Notes: generated from the sequence alone by a model not told the origin. Counted from the stretch's first letter, positions 9,738 to 20,121 are shown. The stretch is 64,000 nt of DNA from an uncultured Eubacteriales bacterium (GCA_900548115.1 URJL01000005.1:2434-66433), one strand, 5' to 3'. Numbers and translations are program-made.

Positions 9738-10874
9738 ATGTATAAGCTTTTAAAACAGGAAGGAAAAGCCCGACTCGGAGAGTTTGAAACGGTTCACGGA
9801 ACCATTCACACCCCCGTTTTCATGAACGTCGGAACATCGGCTGCCATCAAGGGCGCCGTTTCCACGGGCGACCTTGAAAAGATCAAATGTCAGGTCGAGC
9901 TTTCCAACACCTATCATCTGCACATCCGCCCCGGCGACGACGTTATCCGCGAAATGGGCGGACTGCACGAATTTTTTAACTGGCACGGTCCGATCCTCAC
10001 CGACAGCGGCGGATTTCAGGTCTTTTCGCTGGCGACTCTTCGCAAAATCACCGAAGAGGGCGTTTTCTTCAATTCGCACATGGACGGAAAACGCATTTTC
10101 ATGGGTCCGCGCGAGAGCATGCGCATTCAGGCAAATCTCGGTTCGACCATCGCCATGGCGTTTGACGAATGCGTCGAAAACCCGGCGGAATATAAATATG
10201 CCAAAAACTCCTGCGACCGCACGGTGCGCTGGCTCAAGATCTGCAAAGAAGAAATGGCGCGTTTAAAAGCAGAACCCGACGCCGTAAACCCGCATCAGCT
10301 TCTTTTCGGCATCAATCAGGGAAGCACGTACGACGATCTGCGCATCGACAACATGAAACAGATCGCCGAGCTGGGTCTTGACGGCTACGCCATCGGCGGA
10401 CTTGCCGTCGGTGAATCGGCGGACGAAATGTACCGCATTATCGAGGCGGTCGAACCCTTCATGCCGAAGGATAAGCCGCGGTATCTGATGGGCGTCGGAA
10501 CGCCCGTGAACATTTTGGAGGCGGTCTATCGCGGCGTCGACTTTTTCGACTGCGTTATGCCCAGCCGAAACGCGCGCCACGGAAATCTCTTCACGTGGAG
10601 CGGGCACATGAATCTGAACAACAATAAATACGAGCGCGACAAACGCCCCATCGATTCCGCCTGCGACTGCCCCGTTTGCCGCCGCTATTCCCGCGGTTAT
10701 ATCCGCCATCTCTTCAAGGCGCGCGAAATGCTCGGCATGCGTCTTTGCGTTCTGCACAACCTGTATTTTTACAACACGCTGATGGAGGAGATTCGAAAGG
10801 CGCTTGCCGAAGGACGCTACGAAAGCTTTTACCGCGAAATGCGCGAAAGACTTGCAAAGCGCGTGGATGACTGA
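9738..10874 (+). CDS. tgt: tRNA-guanine transglycosylase (queuine insertion)
   Basis: TPVFMNVGT, LTDSGGFQV, zinc site CDCPVCRRYSRGYIRH. Confidence 0.95.
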   Translation: MYKLLKQEGKARLGEFETVHGTIHTPVFMNVGTSAAIKGAVSTGDLEKIKCQVELSNTYHLHIRPGDDVIREMGGLHEFFNWHGPILTDSGGFQVFSLATLRKITEEGVFFNSHMDGKRIFMGPRESMRIQANLGSTIAMAFDECVENPAEYKYAKNSCDRTVRWLKICKEEMARLKAEPDAVNPHQLLFGINQGSTYDDLRIDNMKQIAELGLDGYAIGGLAVGESADEMYRIIEAVEPFMPKDKPRYLMGVGTPVNILEAVYRGVDFFDCVMPSRNARHGNLFTWSGHMNLNNNKYERDKRPIDSACDCPVCRRYSRGYIRHLFKAREMLGMRLCVLHNLYFYNTLMEEIRKALAEGRYESFYREMRERLAKRVDD

Positions 10875-10891
10875 CCGATTGAATCGAGCAA

Positions 10892-10930
10892 GCAAAACCC
10901 GACCGCAGACGCGGTCGGGTTTGCTTTATA
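10892..10930 (+). terminator. intrinsic terminator after tgt
   Basis: GCAAAACCCGACCGC-AGAC-GCGGTCGGGTTTGC followed by a T-rich tail. Confidence 0.7.
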
Positions 10931-10953
10931 ATTACATATTCTTTACCAAGCGA

Positions 10954-10979
10954 AAAGAGCGCCCGCGAGCGCTCTTTTT
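10954..10979. terminator. second hairpin, probably a bidirectional terminator (serves the minus-strand membrane gene)
   Basis: AAAGAGCGC-ccgcga-GCGCTCTTT flanked by an A-run and a T-run. Confidence 0.5.
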
Positions 10980-10989
10980 GAATTGATTT

Positions 10990-11511
10990 TTATTGTGAAG
11001 CCGTATCTTCGCTTTTTCGAAGTTTTCTTCTTTCGGCAATTTGCAGACACAGCAAAATGAGGTTGACGACAAAGAGAATAAAGGAAAGAAGATACGCGAT
11101 TTCGATAACCCCGTCATGCCGAATCCTACCGAAAAACACGTACGAATCCGATTCTCCCCCGTCCGGAAGAAAAAGGTAAGCGGTAAGGTACGTGATATCC
11201 GACCAGAGGACGTATTTCGAAAGGATCGCCGACCGTTCGAAAAAGGGAAGCGACCGGAAGCAGACGAGGACAAAGAACAGCGTATGGATGACGGGAATCG
11301 CGAACACTGTGGCGATCGTACGAATCCATCCGAAGTTGAAAAAGCCGCAGATTGCGGCGGCAAGCACGCACAAAACGGAAAGCATCGTGTATTTTATCCG
11401 CACACGATCTCCGCTTTTCACGGCAAGCACTGTGACCGTGACCAAAGCCGCGGCACCGATAAGAAGCGCTGTCAAAAAAGCAAAGACAAGCAAGAAAATA
11501 TTCTGTTCCAT
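10990..11511 (-). CDS. hypothetical multi-pass membrane protein
   Basis: About 5 hydrophobic segments. Start set at ATG 11511 (MEQNIFLLVF) with GGAG upstream. No family recognised. Confidence 0.55.
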   Translation of the reverse strand: MEQNIFLLVFAFLTALLIGAAALVTVTVLAVKSGDRVRIKYTMLSVLCVLAAAICGFFNFGWIRTIATVFAIPVIHTLFFVLVCFRSLPFFERSAILSKYVLWSDITYLTAYLFLPDGGESDSYVFFGRIRHDGVIEIAYLLSFILFVVNLILLCLQIAERRKLRKSEDTASQ

Positions 11512-11621
11512 ACGAAAGTCTCCTTTTTCATTCAATTTCATTCAAAATCATTTTGATCCTTCGAATTGTTTCAAAATTCGGCTTCGCTCGGGACATTATT
11601 GTTCTTTACGCTTTTAAAATT

Positions 11622-12485
11622 TTACGCCTGCGCGCCCGTCTCCGTCGGAATATCGGGCACCTTCGGTTCGGCTTCCTCTACGGTCGTTTTTTTATACGCC
11701 GACCAGATGATCTTGCGCGGGCAGACGCTTTCACACTTGCCGCAGCCGACGCATTTTGTATAATCGATCTCCGCCACATTGTCGGTCACTTTGATCGCGC
11801 CGACCGCGCAATTCTTTTCACAAAGGCGGCAGCCGATACAGCCCGCGTCGCAGTAGCTTTTGGTCACCGCTCCCTTGTCGGCGGACATGCAGCCGACCCA
11901 ATACGGAATATCGGCGGGCACCAGACGAATCAGCTTTTTGGGACAGGCGGCGACGCAAACGCCGCACGAGCGGCATTTTTCATAATCCACGGCGGCGACG
12001 CCGTTGATGATATGGATCGCGTCGAAGGGACATGCCTTTTCGCACGTTCCGAGGCCGATACAGCCGTTGGGACACACTTTATCGCCGCCCGAAAGACGGT
12101 TGGCGGCAACGCAGTCCGAAACGCCTTCGTAAATATACTTTTTCTTGGCAAGATCGTTTGTTCCCGAGCACATTACCTGTGCGCGCATTCTGCGCGTCTT
12201 CACATCGGCGGAAACACCCATAATCTCGGCAATTTTCTTTGTCGTCTCCTCGGTACAGCTGTTACAGGCGTTGATCGGCGCCTTGCCCTCGACGATCGCC
12301 GAGGCGAGCGCCGCACAGCCGGCATAACCGCAGCCGCCGCAATTGGCGCCGGGAAGACATTCGGTGATTCTTTCCACGCGCTCGTCGGTCTTGACGTAAA
12401 AGATCTTCGACGCTGCCGCAAGGATCACGCCCAGAACGGCGGCAATGGCGGCAAACCATCCGAAAGCGGTCAATACAGAACTCAT
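11622..12485 (-). CDS. rnfB: Rnf electron-transport complex subunit B
   Basis: N-terminal TM helix, then CLPGANCGGCGYAGCAALA and several CxxCxxCxxxCP ferredoxin motifs. Confidence 0.9.
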   Translation of the reverse strand: MSSVLTAFGWFAAIAAVLGVILAAASKIFYVKTDERVERITECLPGANCGGCGYAGCAALASAIVEGKAPINACNSCTEETTKKIAEIMGVSADVKTRRMRAQVMCSGTNDLAKKKYIYEGVSDCVAANRLSGGDKVCPNGCIGLGTCEKACPFDAIHIINGVAAVDYEKCRSCGVCVAACPKKLIRLVPADIPYWVGCMSADKGAVTKSYCDAGCIGCRLCEKNCAVGAIKVTDNVAEIDYTKCVGCGKCESVCPRKIIWSAYKKTTVEEAEPKVPDIPTETGAQA

Positions 12486-12519
12486 ACTTCGATACCTGTT
12501 TCCTTTCTTTTACCTGTTC

Positions 12520-13107
12520 TCAGCCGATCGTGACGCCCGAAAATCCGGAGAACGCCATGGCGAGAAGTCCCGCCGTCACAAGAGCGATCGGGAAGCCCTT
12601 AAACGGTTTCGGAATATCGGCAAACGCCACCTTTTCGCGCACGCCGGCAAAAACGACAATCGCAAGCGTAAAGCCGAGACCCGACGCAAAGCCGTAGATC
12701 GCGCTGACCAAGGGATTATAATCGTTCTGCACGCAAAGGAGCGCCGCTCCGAGGATCGCACAGTTGGTCGTGATGAGCGGAAGATAAATGCCCAGCGCCG
12801 CATACAGGGCGGGGACCGATTTTTTGAGAAACATCTCAATCAGCTGTACCAGCGCCGCAATGATCAGAATGAAGGCGACGGTCTGTAAGTACTGCATCTC
12901 GAACCGAACCAATATATATTGGTTCACAAGGCTCGTGATCAGCGAGGAAAGCGTCATAACAAAGGTCACGGCGCAGCCCATGCCCAGAGCGTTCGAGGGG
13001 TTTTCGGAAAGTCCGAGGAACGGACAGCAGCCGAGGAATTTCGAGAAAATATAGTTCTCTGCCAAAATCGCCGTAATGATCAGCGACAGAATAAACGAAA
13101 GACTCAT
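12520..13107 (-). CDS. rnfA: Rnf complex subunit A
   Basis: ENYIFSKFLGCCPFLG and the overall RnfA/NqrE-like polytopic sequence. Confidence 0.92.
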   Translation of the reverse strand: MSLSFILSLIITAILAENYIFSKFLGCCPFLGLSENPSNALGMGCAVTFVMTLSSLITSLVNQYILVRFEMQYLQTVAFILIIAALVQLIEMFLKKSVPALYAALGIYLPLITTNCAILGAALLCVQNDYNPLVSAIYGFASGLGFTLAIVVFAGVREKVAFADIPKPFKGFPIALVTAGLLAMAFSGFSGVTIG

Positions 13108-13727
13108 TTACCGCTCCCTCCTTTCTTTTCCGAAACGGCATTCCGAACCGCCGTTACGGCGGCGATCAGAAAACCGAGCGTGATAAACGCACCCGCGGGC
13201 TGGATAAACAGCAGCATCGGCGTATATCCGAAGCGAAGAAGAACATCCGCTCCGAACAGAGTCCCCGCACCCAAAAGCTCACGGATCATACCGAGAAGCG
13301 TAAGGGCAAAAGTGAATCCGACACCCATGAAGAAGCCGTCCAAAATCGACGGAAGCACGCCGTTTTTCGAAGCGTAAGCCTCGGCGCGGGCAAGGATGAT
13401 ACAGTTTACGACGATCAGCGGGATAAAAAGACCGAGAGATTTGTCGATTGCGGGGAGATAGGCTTTCAAAAGCAGCTGGATCGCCGTAACAACGCCCGAT
13501 ATCACGACGATGTACGACGCGATACGGACCTGAGACGGGATAAAACGGCGCAGAAGCGAGATGAGCATATTGGAAAGGGTCAGAACGCAAATAACGGTAA
13601 GACCCATCATCAGTCCGTTGAGCGCCGAGGTGGTGGTAGCAAGCGTCGGACACATACCGAGAAGCTGAACAAAGGTCGGGTTCTCGCTGACAATGCCGGC
13701 AAACGCACGTTCTTTGATCTTATTCAC
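13104..13727 (-). CDS. rnfE: Rnf complex subunit E
   Basis: NPTFVQLLGMCPTLA signature. Start placed at GTG 13727, which overlaps the rnfG stop by 8 nt. The ORF-track extension to 13793 is basic junk inside rnfG. Confidence 0.87.
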   Translation of the reverse strand: MNKIKERAFAGIVSENPTFVQLLGMCPTLATTTSALNGLMMGLTVICVLTLSNMLISLLRRFIPSQVRIASYIVVISGVVTAIQLLLKAYLPAIDKSLGLFIPLIVVNCIILARAEAYASKNGVLPSILDGFFMGVGFTFALTLLGMIRELLGAGTLFGADVLLRFGYTPMLLFIQPAGAFITLGFLIAAVTAVRNAVSEKKGGSGK

Positions 13728-14376
13728 CTTGCGTCCCCTCCGTTTCTTCGGTGTTTTCGGTTTGTTCGCCCGTCTCTGCCGACGGAGCCGCAACCGCGCT
13801 TAAATTGGCTGCGACGGTCACGATACGCTTTGCGGTAAAGACCGCTTCGGTGACGGGCTTGGACGTTTTGGTCGCGCCCGAAATAACGTAATCCTTATAA
13901 TTTCCCGAAAGGGTGCTTTCCGACGTCTCGATAAACTGCTCGGTAAACGACTTTTCGGTGACTTTTGTGCCGATTCCCGAGGTCTCGTCATTGGTCGAAA
14001 CGATCTTGACGCCCGTGACAAAGGCGGACGGATCGAGCGAGACGATCATGTCGACATCGCCCTTGAAGCAGGCGGGCGAGAGCTTTACGCAATAGCCCTT
14101 TACTTCCTCGCCGCTCTTCACAAGATAAACGGCGTCCACCGTTTTGGCGTCGGCATCGTCAAGATTTATCGGCATTTCGGCGTAGGTAACGCTCTCGCCG
14201 TCGAACAGCTCGGCAATGGCGTTTTTCAGCGCTTCTTCGTTGTTTTGCGCGATAACGGGGGCGGTGAAATGATTGACCGTCGCCACGAGAAGCGCAATAA
14301 TGCCGCAGATCGCAACAAGGGGAAGCGCGATCTTTAAAACATAAAGAAAAGTGGAGGTTTTTTTGTTCTCATTCAT
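13720..14376 (-). CDS. rnfG: Rnf complex subunit G (FMN-binding)
   Basis: N-terminal TM anchor. FMN-binding domain with flavinylation motif ISGATKTS. Confidence 0.85.
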   Translation of the reverse strand: MNENKKTSTFLYVLKIALPLVAICGIIALLVATVNHFTAPVIAQNNEEALKNAIAELFDGESVTYAEMPINLDDADAKTVDAVYLVKSGEEVKGYCVKLSPACFKGDVDMIVSLDPSAFVTGVKIVSTNDETSGIGTKVTEKSFTEQFIETSESTLSGNYKDYVISGATKTSKPVTEAVFTAKRIVTVAANLSAVAAPSAETGEQTENTEETEGTQGE

Positions 14377-15347
14377 GCTTTTTTGCCACCTCCAAACACA
14401 CGGGGTCTTGTAAATTTATCGATGTACCACGCAAGGCAGTTCATTACGAGAATCGCAAACGAAACGCCCTCGGGATAGCTTCCGCAGGTGCGGATAAAAA
14501 CGGTGATAAGTCCGCAGCCGATTCCGTAGAGAATACGTCCGCGGTATGTAACGGGGCTTGTGACGTAATCGGTCGCCATGAAGAACGCGCCGAGAATAAG
14601 ACCGCCCGAGCAAAGCGTGCTCAAAACATACTGCACCGCATCCATTCCGCTCGCGGGGAAAAGATACGAAAGGATCGCGACCGTCGCGATATAGCAAACG
14701 GGGATCTGCCACGTAATGATCTTACGTACAAAGAGATACAAAGCGCCCGCCAAAAGAAGCAGTACCGAAATTTCGCCGATACAGCCGGCGCAGTTGCCCA
14801 AAAACAAGTCAAGCAGGCTATCGGGCGGGGCAACGCCCTCTTTCAGCGAAGCAAGCGGCGTCGCCGACGCAACAATGTCCGCTCCTTTAAGCGAAAACGC
14901 GGGAAGCTTTTCCGAAGGGGCAGTAAAGCGCGCCATGTCGCCGGGAAACGCCAAAAACAGGAAGACGCGCGCGGCAAGCGCGGGATTTACGACGTTTTTG
15001 CCGATTCCGCCGTACAGCTGCTTTACGATCACGATCGCAAAAAAGCTTCCGACGGCCGGCATCCAAAGCGGAACCGATACGGGAAGACAGAAAGCGAGAA
15101 GCATACCCGTGACCGCCGCCGAAAGATCGCCGATATCGTTGCTTTTATTCATGATCAGACGATAGAGATATTCGAACAGCACCGCCGAGCCGACCGATAC
15201 CGCCGTCAGCGTCAGCGCCCGTGCGCCGAACAGATAGACCGCCCACACAAGAGCGGGACACAGCGCGATGATAACATCCAGCATGATCAGCCGCGTGGTG
15301 TCCTCATGGCGCATATGCGGGGAGGAAGTAACCTTTAAAAAGTCCAT
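14373..15347 (-). CDS. rnfD: Rnf complex subunit D
   Basis: Start at ATG 15347 (MDFLKVTSSPHMRHEDTT, typical RnfD/NqrB N-terminus). Polytopic. The ORF-track extension overlaps rnfC. Confidence 0.9.
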   Translation of the reverse strand: MDFLKVTSSPHMRHEDTTRLIMLDVIIALCPALVWAVYLFGARALTLTAVSVGSAVLFEYLYRLIMNKSNDIGDLSAAVTGMLLAFCLPVSVPLWMPAVGSFFAIVIVKQLYGGIGKNVVNPALAARVFLFLAFPGDMARFTAPSEKLPAFSLKGADIVASATPLASLKEGVAPPDSLLDLFLGNCAGCIGEISVLLLLAGALYLFVRKIITWQIPVCYIATVAILSYLFPASGMDAVQYVLSTLCSGGLILGAFFMATDYVTSPVTYRGRILYGIGCGLITVFIRTCGSYPEGVSFAILVMNCLAWYIDKFTRPRVFGGGKKA

Positions 15348-15373
15348 AAACAGCACCTTTCTTCCGTTATGCG

Positions 15374-16693
15374 TTAGGCTTGTGGCTTGGGACGCGCTTT
15401 GATCTTGTCCTTCGCCTCGCGTATGTATTGAACGATCGGAACATTGCCGGGGCAGATAAACGAACAGCTTCCGCATTCCATACAGCTCATAATGTTGTAG
15501 GAAAGACAGTCGTCGAGCTTTCCCGCCTCGGAAAAGAGCGCAAGATAAAGGGGTGTTAAGTGCATGGGACAGACGCTTACGCACTTTCCGCAATGAATAC
15601 AGCGCGGAGACGTTTTTTTCTCGTATTTGTCCGAGAAGAAAAGAAGCGCCGAGGTGCCCTTTGTGACCGTCGCGTCAAGATCCCACTGCGCCGCGCCCAT
15701 CATGGGACCGCCGTTGATGATCTTGGAAAGCTCTCCCTTGATGCCGCCGCAGTATTCGATGACATCGCGGTAAGAGGTTCCGAGCGGAATACGAAGGTTC
15801 TTCGGCTCGGCGATACAGTCGCCGTCGATCGTCACGGTGCGGGCAATCAGCGGCATGCCCTCGACCACGGCGTGATAGATCGCCGCACAGGTCTCGGCGT
15901 TGAAGATAACACAGCCGACATCGGCGGGAAGCTTGCCCGTCGGAATCTCGACGCCGTTTAAGGCATATACGATCTGGCGCTCGTCGCCCTGCGGATATTT
16001 GGTCTTGAGAAGCTTTACCGAGAACATCTCGTCGTCGCTGACCAATTCCTCCAGCACCTTCGCCGCATTTTTCTTGTTGTCCTCGATAGCAAAGGTCGCT
16101 TTTTTAAGTCCCAGCGCGATGAGTAAAATTTTTACGCCGTTGATGACGTCCATGGGGTGTTCGAGCAGAAGGCGGTGGTTCGCCGTGATAAACGGTTCGC
16201 ACTCGGCGCAGTTGACGATAATCTCTTTTGCCTTGCCTGCCGCCGATTGAATCTTGGCGTAAGCGGGAAAGGTCGCGCCGCCCATGCCCGAGATACCCGC
16301 CTCGCGCACAAGGTTTACGACCTCGTCGCAGGTGATCTCGGTGATCTTTTTTTCATAAGGCTTGATATCTTCGCAAAGGCGGTATTCGCCGTCGTTTTTA
16401 ATGACGACAAACTCGGTCTTGCCCGCGCCCATATACGAATTTCTCGTTTCGATGCGCTCGACCGTGCCCGAGACGCTGGCGTGTACGGGACAGGAAAGAG
16501 CCGCGTCGTTGCGCGCAATGACCTGACCCATCGCGACCGTGTCGCCCTTGGCGACGATCGCCTTGACCGGTGCGCCGATATGCTGCTGAAGAGGTAACGC
16601 TATGAATTCCGGAGCGGGCATATCCTCGATGGGCTTTTTGTTGGTGCCTTTACAGCCGTCCACATGGATACCGCCGGAAAATGTGATAGCCAT
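15374..16693 (-). CDS. rnfC: Rnf complex subunit C
   Basis: MAITFSGGIHV...; NADH/FMN-binding GISGMGGATFP; two 4Fe-4S motifs CIHCGKCVSVCP and CMECGSCSFICP. Confidence 0.92.
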   Translation of the reverse strand: MAITFSGGIHVDGCKGTNKKPIEDMPAPEFIALPLQQHIGAPVKAIVAKGDTVAMGQVIARNDAALSCPVHASVSGTVERIETRNSYMGAGKTEFVVIKNDGEYRLCEDIKPYEKKITEITCDEVVNLVREAGISGMGGATFPAYAKIQSAAGKAKEIIVNCAECEPFITANHRLLLEHPMDVINGVKILLIALGLKKATFAIEDNKKNAAKVLEELVSDDEMFSVKLLKTKYPQGDERQIVYALNGVEIPTGKLPADVGCVIFNAETCAAIYHAVVEGMPLIARTVTIDGDCIAEPKNLRIPLGTSYRDVIEYCGGIKGELSKIINGGPMMGAAQWDLDATVTKGTSALLFFSDKYEKKTSPRCIHCGKCVSVCPMHLTPLYLALFSEAGKLDDCLSYNIMSCMECGSCSFICPGNVPIVQYIREAKDKIKARPKPQA

Positions 16694-16752
16694 ATCGTTT
16701 TGATTCCTTTCTTGATTCTTCGAGGGAAAGTTGTGTTCCCTACCAAAGGGGT

Positions 16753-16781
16753 ATTATACACCTTTTTCCGCGAAATTTCAA
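16753..16781 (-). promoter_or_regulatory. candidate sigma-A promoter of rnfCDGEAB
   Basis: On the minus strand: TTGAAA (16781-16776), 17 nt, TATAAT (16758-16753). About 60 nt upstream of the rnfC ATG. Confidence 0.55.
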
Positions 16782-17044
16782 CCGTTCCTTTCCGTATAGT
16801 CGCCGAATGACGGTGAAATTGATAAACTGTTTACAAGAAAAAGCATGTTTGTTCGTTAATTAAAATTTTAACGTATCACGTTATTTCTTTCACATTTTTG
16901 TTTTGCTCCTCCTTTTTTGTCCCCCTCCCCCGCCGTTTTGGGGTTTGCCATATATTACAGGGTGACAAAACACCCCCGAAAGTATTATACTATAAAAAAG
17001 GGGGGCTTCCCCCTGCGGCACAACGCAAAAGGAGACCGTTCCGT

Positions 17045-17665
17045 ATGGAAATTCTGAAGATAAGCAAAACCGCCATAAAATTCAGCCTCACGCGCGAGGA
17101 GCTGTCCCTGCGGGGACTTTCCGCCGAGGCGCTCGACAAAACGACAACGGGCGCACGGCGGCTGATTTGGGAGCTGATGGACCGCGCCCGCGTCGAACAG
17201 GGCTTTGACTGCGGCGACGCGCGGCTTTTGGTGCGGGTCTTTCCCTCGCGCGACGGCGGCTGTGAGTTGTTCGTCACGTCGGAAAAAGAAGAGGAACGGG
17301 AGGAAAAAGAAAGGGGCGACACGAACGTCCCGCGCGCCGTTTTGTTTCTGCCCGAAAACGACGAGGCGCTCTTCTCGCTCTGCCGCCGCATGAAGGCAAG
17401 CGGTTTTCGCGGAAAAAGCGAGCTTTTTGCCGACGAGCAAAACCGCCTGCTTCTGCTGTTCGAGCCGTGCGGACGGCTTCCCTCTTACATACGGGAGCAA
17501 AGAGAAAAGAGAACCGCGCGCGCTTTTCCCTTTGTCGGCGAATACGGCACGGTCTTTGCGGCAAGCGAAGAACGCCGCGCCTATCTTGCCGAGCATGCCC
17601 GCTCCGTCTGCGGAAAAAATGCGGTGGAGACCCTTTCCCGTATCGGCGCGGGAGAAGAATTTTAA
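17045..17665 (+). CDS. mecA: MecA-like adaptor protein (Clp adaptor family)
   Basis: MEILKISKTAIKFSLTREELSLRG...LIWELMDRARVEQGF...LLVRVFPSRDGGCELFVT, acidic linker, C-terminal domain with EYG. Architecture parallels B. subtilis MecA. Start at ATG 17045. Confidence 0.65.
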   Translation: MEILKISKTAIKFSLTREELSLRGLSAEALDKTTTGARRLIWELMDRARVEQGFDCGDARLLVRVFPSRDGGCELFVTSEKEEEREEKERGDTNVPRAVLFLPENDEALFSLCRRMKASGFRGKSELFADEQNRLLLLFEPCGRLPSYIREQREKRTARAFPFVGEYGTVFAASEERRAYLAEHARSVCGKNAVETLSRIGAGEEF

Positions 17666-17745
17666 AAAATTCGAAAAAAGCGTTTTCTTTCGCCGATTTT
17701 TGTGCTATACTGGTAAAAAAGATTCGACCGAACAAAAAGGGGGCG

Positions 17746-18351
17746 ATGACGACGGAAAACAGAACGACTGCCGACGGGAGCGCAGAGCGCTGGGAAGCGC
17801 TTGAAAACGCCTGCCGAAACTGTACCCGCTGTACTCTCTGCAAGACGAAGCACAATACGGTCTTCGGCGTCGGAAACAAAAACGCGCGCCTTATGTTCGT
17901 CGGCGAAGCCCCGGGAGAACAAGAGGACCTTTCGGGCATTCCGTTTGTCGGCGCGGCGGGACAGCTTTTGGACAAATATCTCAGCGCCGTCGGCATTTCG
18001 CGTGACGACGTTTACATCGCCAACATTTTAAAATGCCGCCCGCCCCGCAACCGCGACCCTCTGCCCGAGGAGCAGGACGCCTGCATGGATTTTCTGCGTG
18101 AGCAGACGCGTCTTATCTCGCCGAAGGTCATCGTCTGTCTCGGGCGTATCTCCGCCCTGCGGCTGATCAAGCCCGATTTCAAAATCACAAAGGAGCATGG
18201 AATTTGGTTCCGCAAGGGTGCTTTTCGCATGTGCGCCGTTTATCACCCCTCCGCGCTTCTGCGCGACCCGTCCAAGCGCGAGGATATGTTAAAAGATATG
18301 ATCGAAATTGCCCGCATCTGCGGCGACGGCGCGAAAAACGACGCGACGTGA
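17746..18351 (+). CDS. uracil-DNA glycosylase, family 4
   Basis: CxxCxLC Fe-S motif CRNCTRCTLC; GEAPGEQEDLSGIPFVGAAGQLL; VYHPSALLR. Start at ATG 17746. Confidence 0.88.
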   Translation: MTTENRTTADGSAERWEALENACRNCTRCTLCKTKHNTVFGVGNKNARLMFVGEAPGEQEDLSGIPFVGAAGQLLDKYLSAVGISRDDVYIANILKCRPPRNRDPLPEEQDACMDFLREQTRLISPKVIVCLGRISALRLIKPDFKITKEHGIWFRKGAFRMCAVYHPSALLRDPSKREDMLKDMIEIARICGDGAKNDAT

Positions 18352-18435
18352 CCCGTTTTTGCCGTCCGTCGCATTCCGTGCAAAACAAAAAACCAAGGGC
18401 AAAGAGCAAAAATCAAAGGAAGTGTTTTTTTCATT

Positions 18436-18927
18436 ATGAGCATTATCGTAAGACCCTACCGCCACGAGGATACCCTTTCCGCCGCCGCCATTTGGAACCG
18501 CGTTGTGGAGGACGGCATCGCATTTCCTCAGCTCGAACCGATGACTCCCGAGGAAGCCGAGGGTTTTTTTGACAATCAGTCGTACACCGGCATCGCCGAG
18601 GACACCGAAACGGGCGAGATCGTCGGACTTTATATTCTGCACCCCAACAGCATCGGACGCTGCGGGCATATCTGCAACGCGAGCTATGCCGTCAAAGCGT
18701 CGGTGCGCGGCAAGCACATCGGCAAAGAGCTTGTGACCCATTGCCTTTCCGAAGCAAAAAAACTGGGATTTCGCATTTTGCAGTTCAATGCCGTCGTCGC
18801 GACCAACAGCGCGGCACTGCATTTGTATCAAACGCTCGGCTTTACCCGTCTCGGCACGATCCCGGGCGGATTTCGCATGGACGACGGACATTACGAGGAC
18901 ATTATCGTTCATTATAAAACGCTCTGA
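18436..18927 (+). CDS. GNAT-family N-acetyltransferase
   Basis: Acetyl-CoA motif A: VRGKHIGKELVTHCLSEAKKLGFRILQFNAV...N..A..LYQTLGF. Confidence 0.8.
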   Translation: MSIIVRPYRHEDTLSAAAIWNRVVEDGIAFPQLEPMTPEEAEGFFDNQSYTGIAEDTETGEIVGLYILHPNSIGRCGHICNASYAVKASVRGKHIGKELVTHCLSEAKKLGFRILQFNAVVATNSAALHLYQTLGFTRLGTIPGGFRMDDGHYEDIIVHYKTL

Positions 18928-18941
18928 CGCGGGAGGAAAAT

Positions 18942-19829
18942 ATGCGCGAAGGATACACGCCCGAGCCGTATCTTGAAATAGTAAAATTTTACACGATCTA
19001 TTATAACGAGCTTCCCGCCGATTACCGCCTCGGCGGCGAGTCGCACCCGTTTTGGGAGCTGATTTACATCGACAAGGGAACGGCGTTCTGCACGGCGCGG
19101 GAGCATGAATACACCATGCGGCAAGGCAGTATTCTTCTGCACATGCCGAACGAATATCACGACATACGCGCCGACGAAAAGGATCCGCCGAATGTGGTCG
19201 TCGTCACTTTTGACTGCAATTCGGACTCCATGCGCGCCCTTTGCGGGATGCAGTGCGTTCTTCCGCAGACTCTTCGGTATCATATTGCGGAAATACTGCG
19301 CAACGCGCGGGCGACGTTTGTCATGCCGATGAAAGGAACGCTTACGCCGAGACACGACCCGCTTCCGGGCGGGACACAGATGATAAAGCTGCATCTCGAA
19401 CAGCTTCTCATCGAGCTTATCCGACGGGACGAAAGCGCCCCCTCGCGCGGCGCACCGGGCGCGGTGCGGGATGAGCTTTCGGAGCGCTGTATTCAATATC
19501 TCGAACGGCACGTATACGGAAGCGTCACCATCGCCGAGCTGTGCGCCGCCGTCGGCTACAGCCGAACCCAATTGTGTACCCGTTTTCGCAAGGTGACGGG
19601 ATATTCGGTGCTGGATTATTACGCCGAGCTGAAGCTTGCGGAGGCAAAGCGCCTTTTACGGCACGAAAATCGATCCGCCGCCGAGGTATCCGCGCTTTTG
19701 GGCTTTGCAAGTCCCTCGTATTTTTCCCGCTTTTTCGCGCGGCTGTGCGGCATGACGCCGCTGCAATACCGCACGTCGCAGTCGGACAGTCGGGACGGAA
19801 ACAGCCGAACCGACAGCATTTGCGGGTAA
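18942..19829 (+). CDS. AraC-family transcriptional regulator (cupin sensor plus HTH)
   Basis: N-terminal cupin-like HPFWELIYIDKGT. C-terminal AraC HTH: IAELCAAVGYSRTQLCTRFRKVTGYSVLDYYAELKLAEAKRLL...LLGFASPSYFSRFFARLCGMTPLQYR. Confidence 0.85.
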   Translation: MREGYTPEPYLEIVKFYTIYYNELPADYRLGGESHPFWELIYIDKGTAFCTAREHEYTMRQGSILLHMPNEYHDIRADEKDPPNVVVVTFDCNSDSMRALCGMQCVLPQTLRYHIAEILRNARATFVMPMKGTLTPRHDPLPGGTQMIKLHLEQLLIELIRRDESAPSRGAPGAVRDELSERCIQYLERHVYGSVTIAELCAAVGYSRTQLCTRFRKVTGYSVLDYYAELKLAEAKRLLRHENRSAAEVSALLGFASPSYFSRFFARLCGMTPLQYRTSQSDSRDGNSRTDSICG

Positions 19830-19887
19830 AATCGTTTTTTGAGACAAAAAAGAACCGTCTTTCGGTTCGAAGAAAAGAGGAAAATCG

Positions 19888-20118
19888 ATGGAACAGAAAA
19901 AAATAGAGCGGATCGCCGAGCTTTCCCGCAAGCACAAAGCCGAGGGACTTACCCCCGAGGAAGCCGAGGAACGCCGCGCGCTTCATCGCGAATATGCCGA
20001 CGACTACCGCAAAAACTTAAAGGCCATGTTGGACAACACCTATATCCAAAAGCCCGACGGAACACGGGAAAAACTGCAGCAGAAAGACACGCCGTCCGAA
20101 AAAGGCGGCGACAAATAA
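19888..20118 (+). CDS. DUF896 (YnzC-like) small protein
   Basis: MEQKKIERIAELSRKHKAEGLTPEEAEERRALHREY...NLKAMLDNTYIQKPDG is the typical DUF896/UPF0291 pattern. Confidence 0.75.
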   Translation: MEQKKIERIAELSRKHKAEGLTPEEAEERRALHREYADDYRKNLKAMLDNTYIQKPDGTREKLQQKDTPSEKGGDK

Positions 20119-20121
20119 GCC

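Noticed and set aside
16860-16871. Perfect AT palindrome TTAAAATTTTAA in the rnfC/mecA divergent region.
   Set aside because: It lies in a generally AT-rich promoter region. With a single copy, such palindromes arise by chance in AT-rich DNA, and I can name no matching regulator motif.
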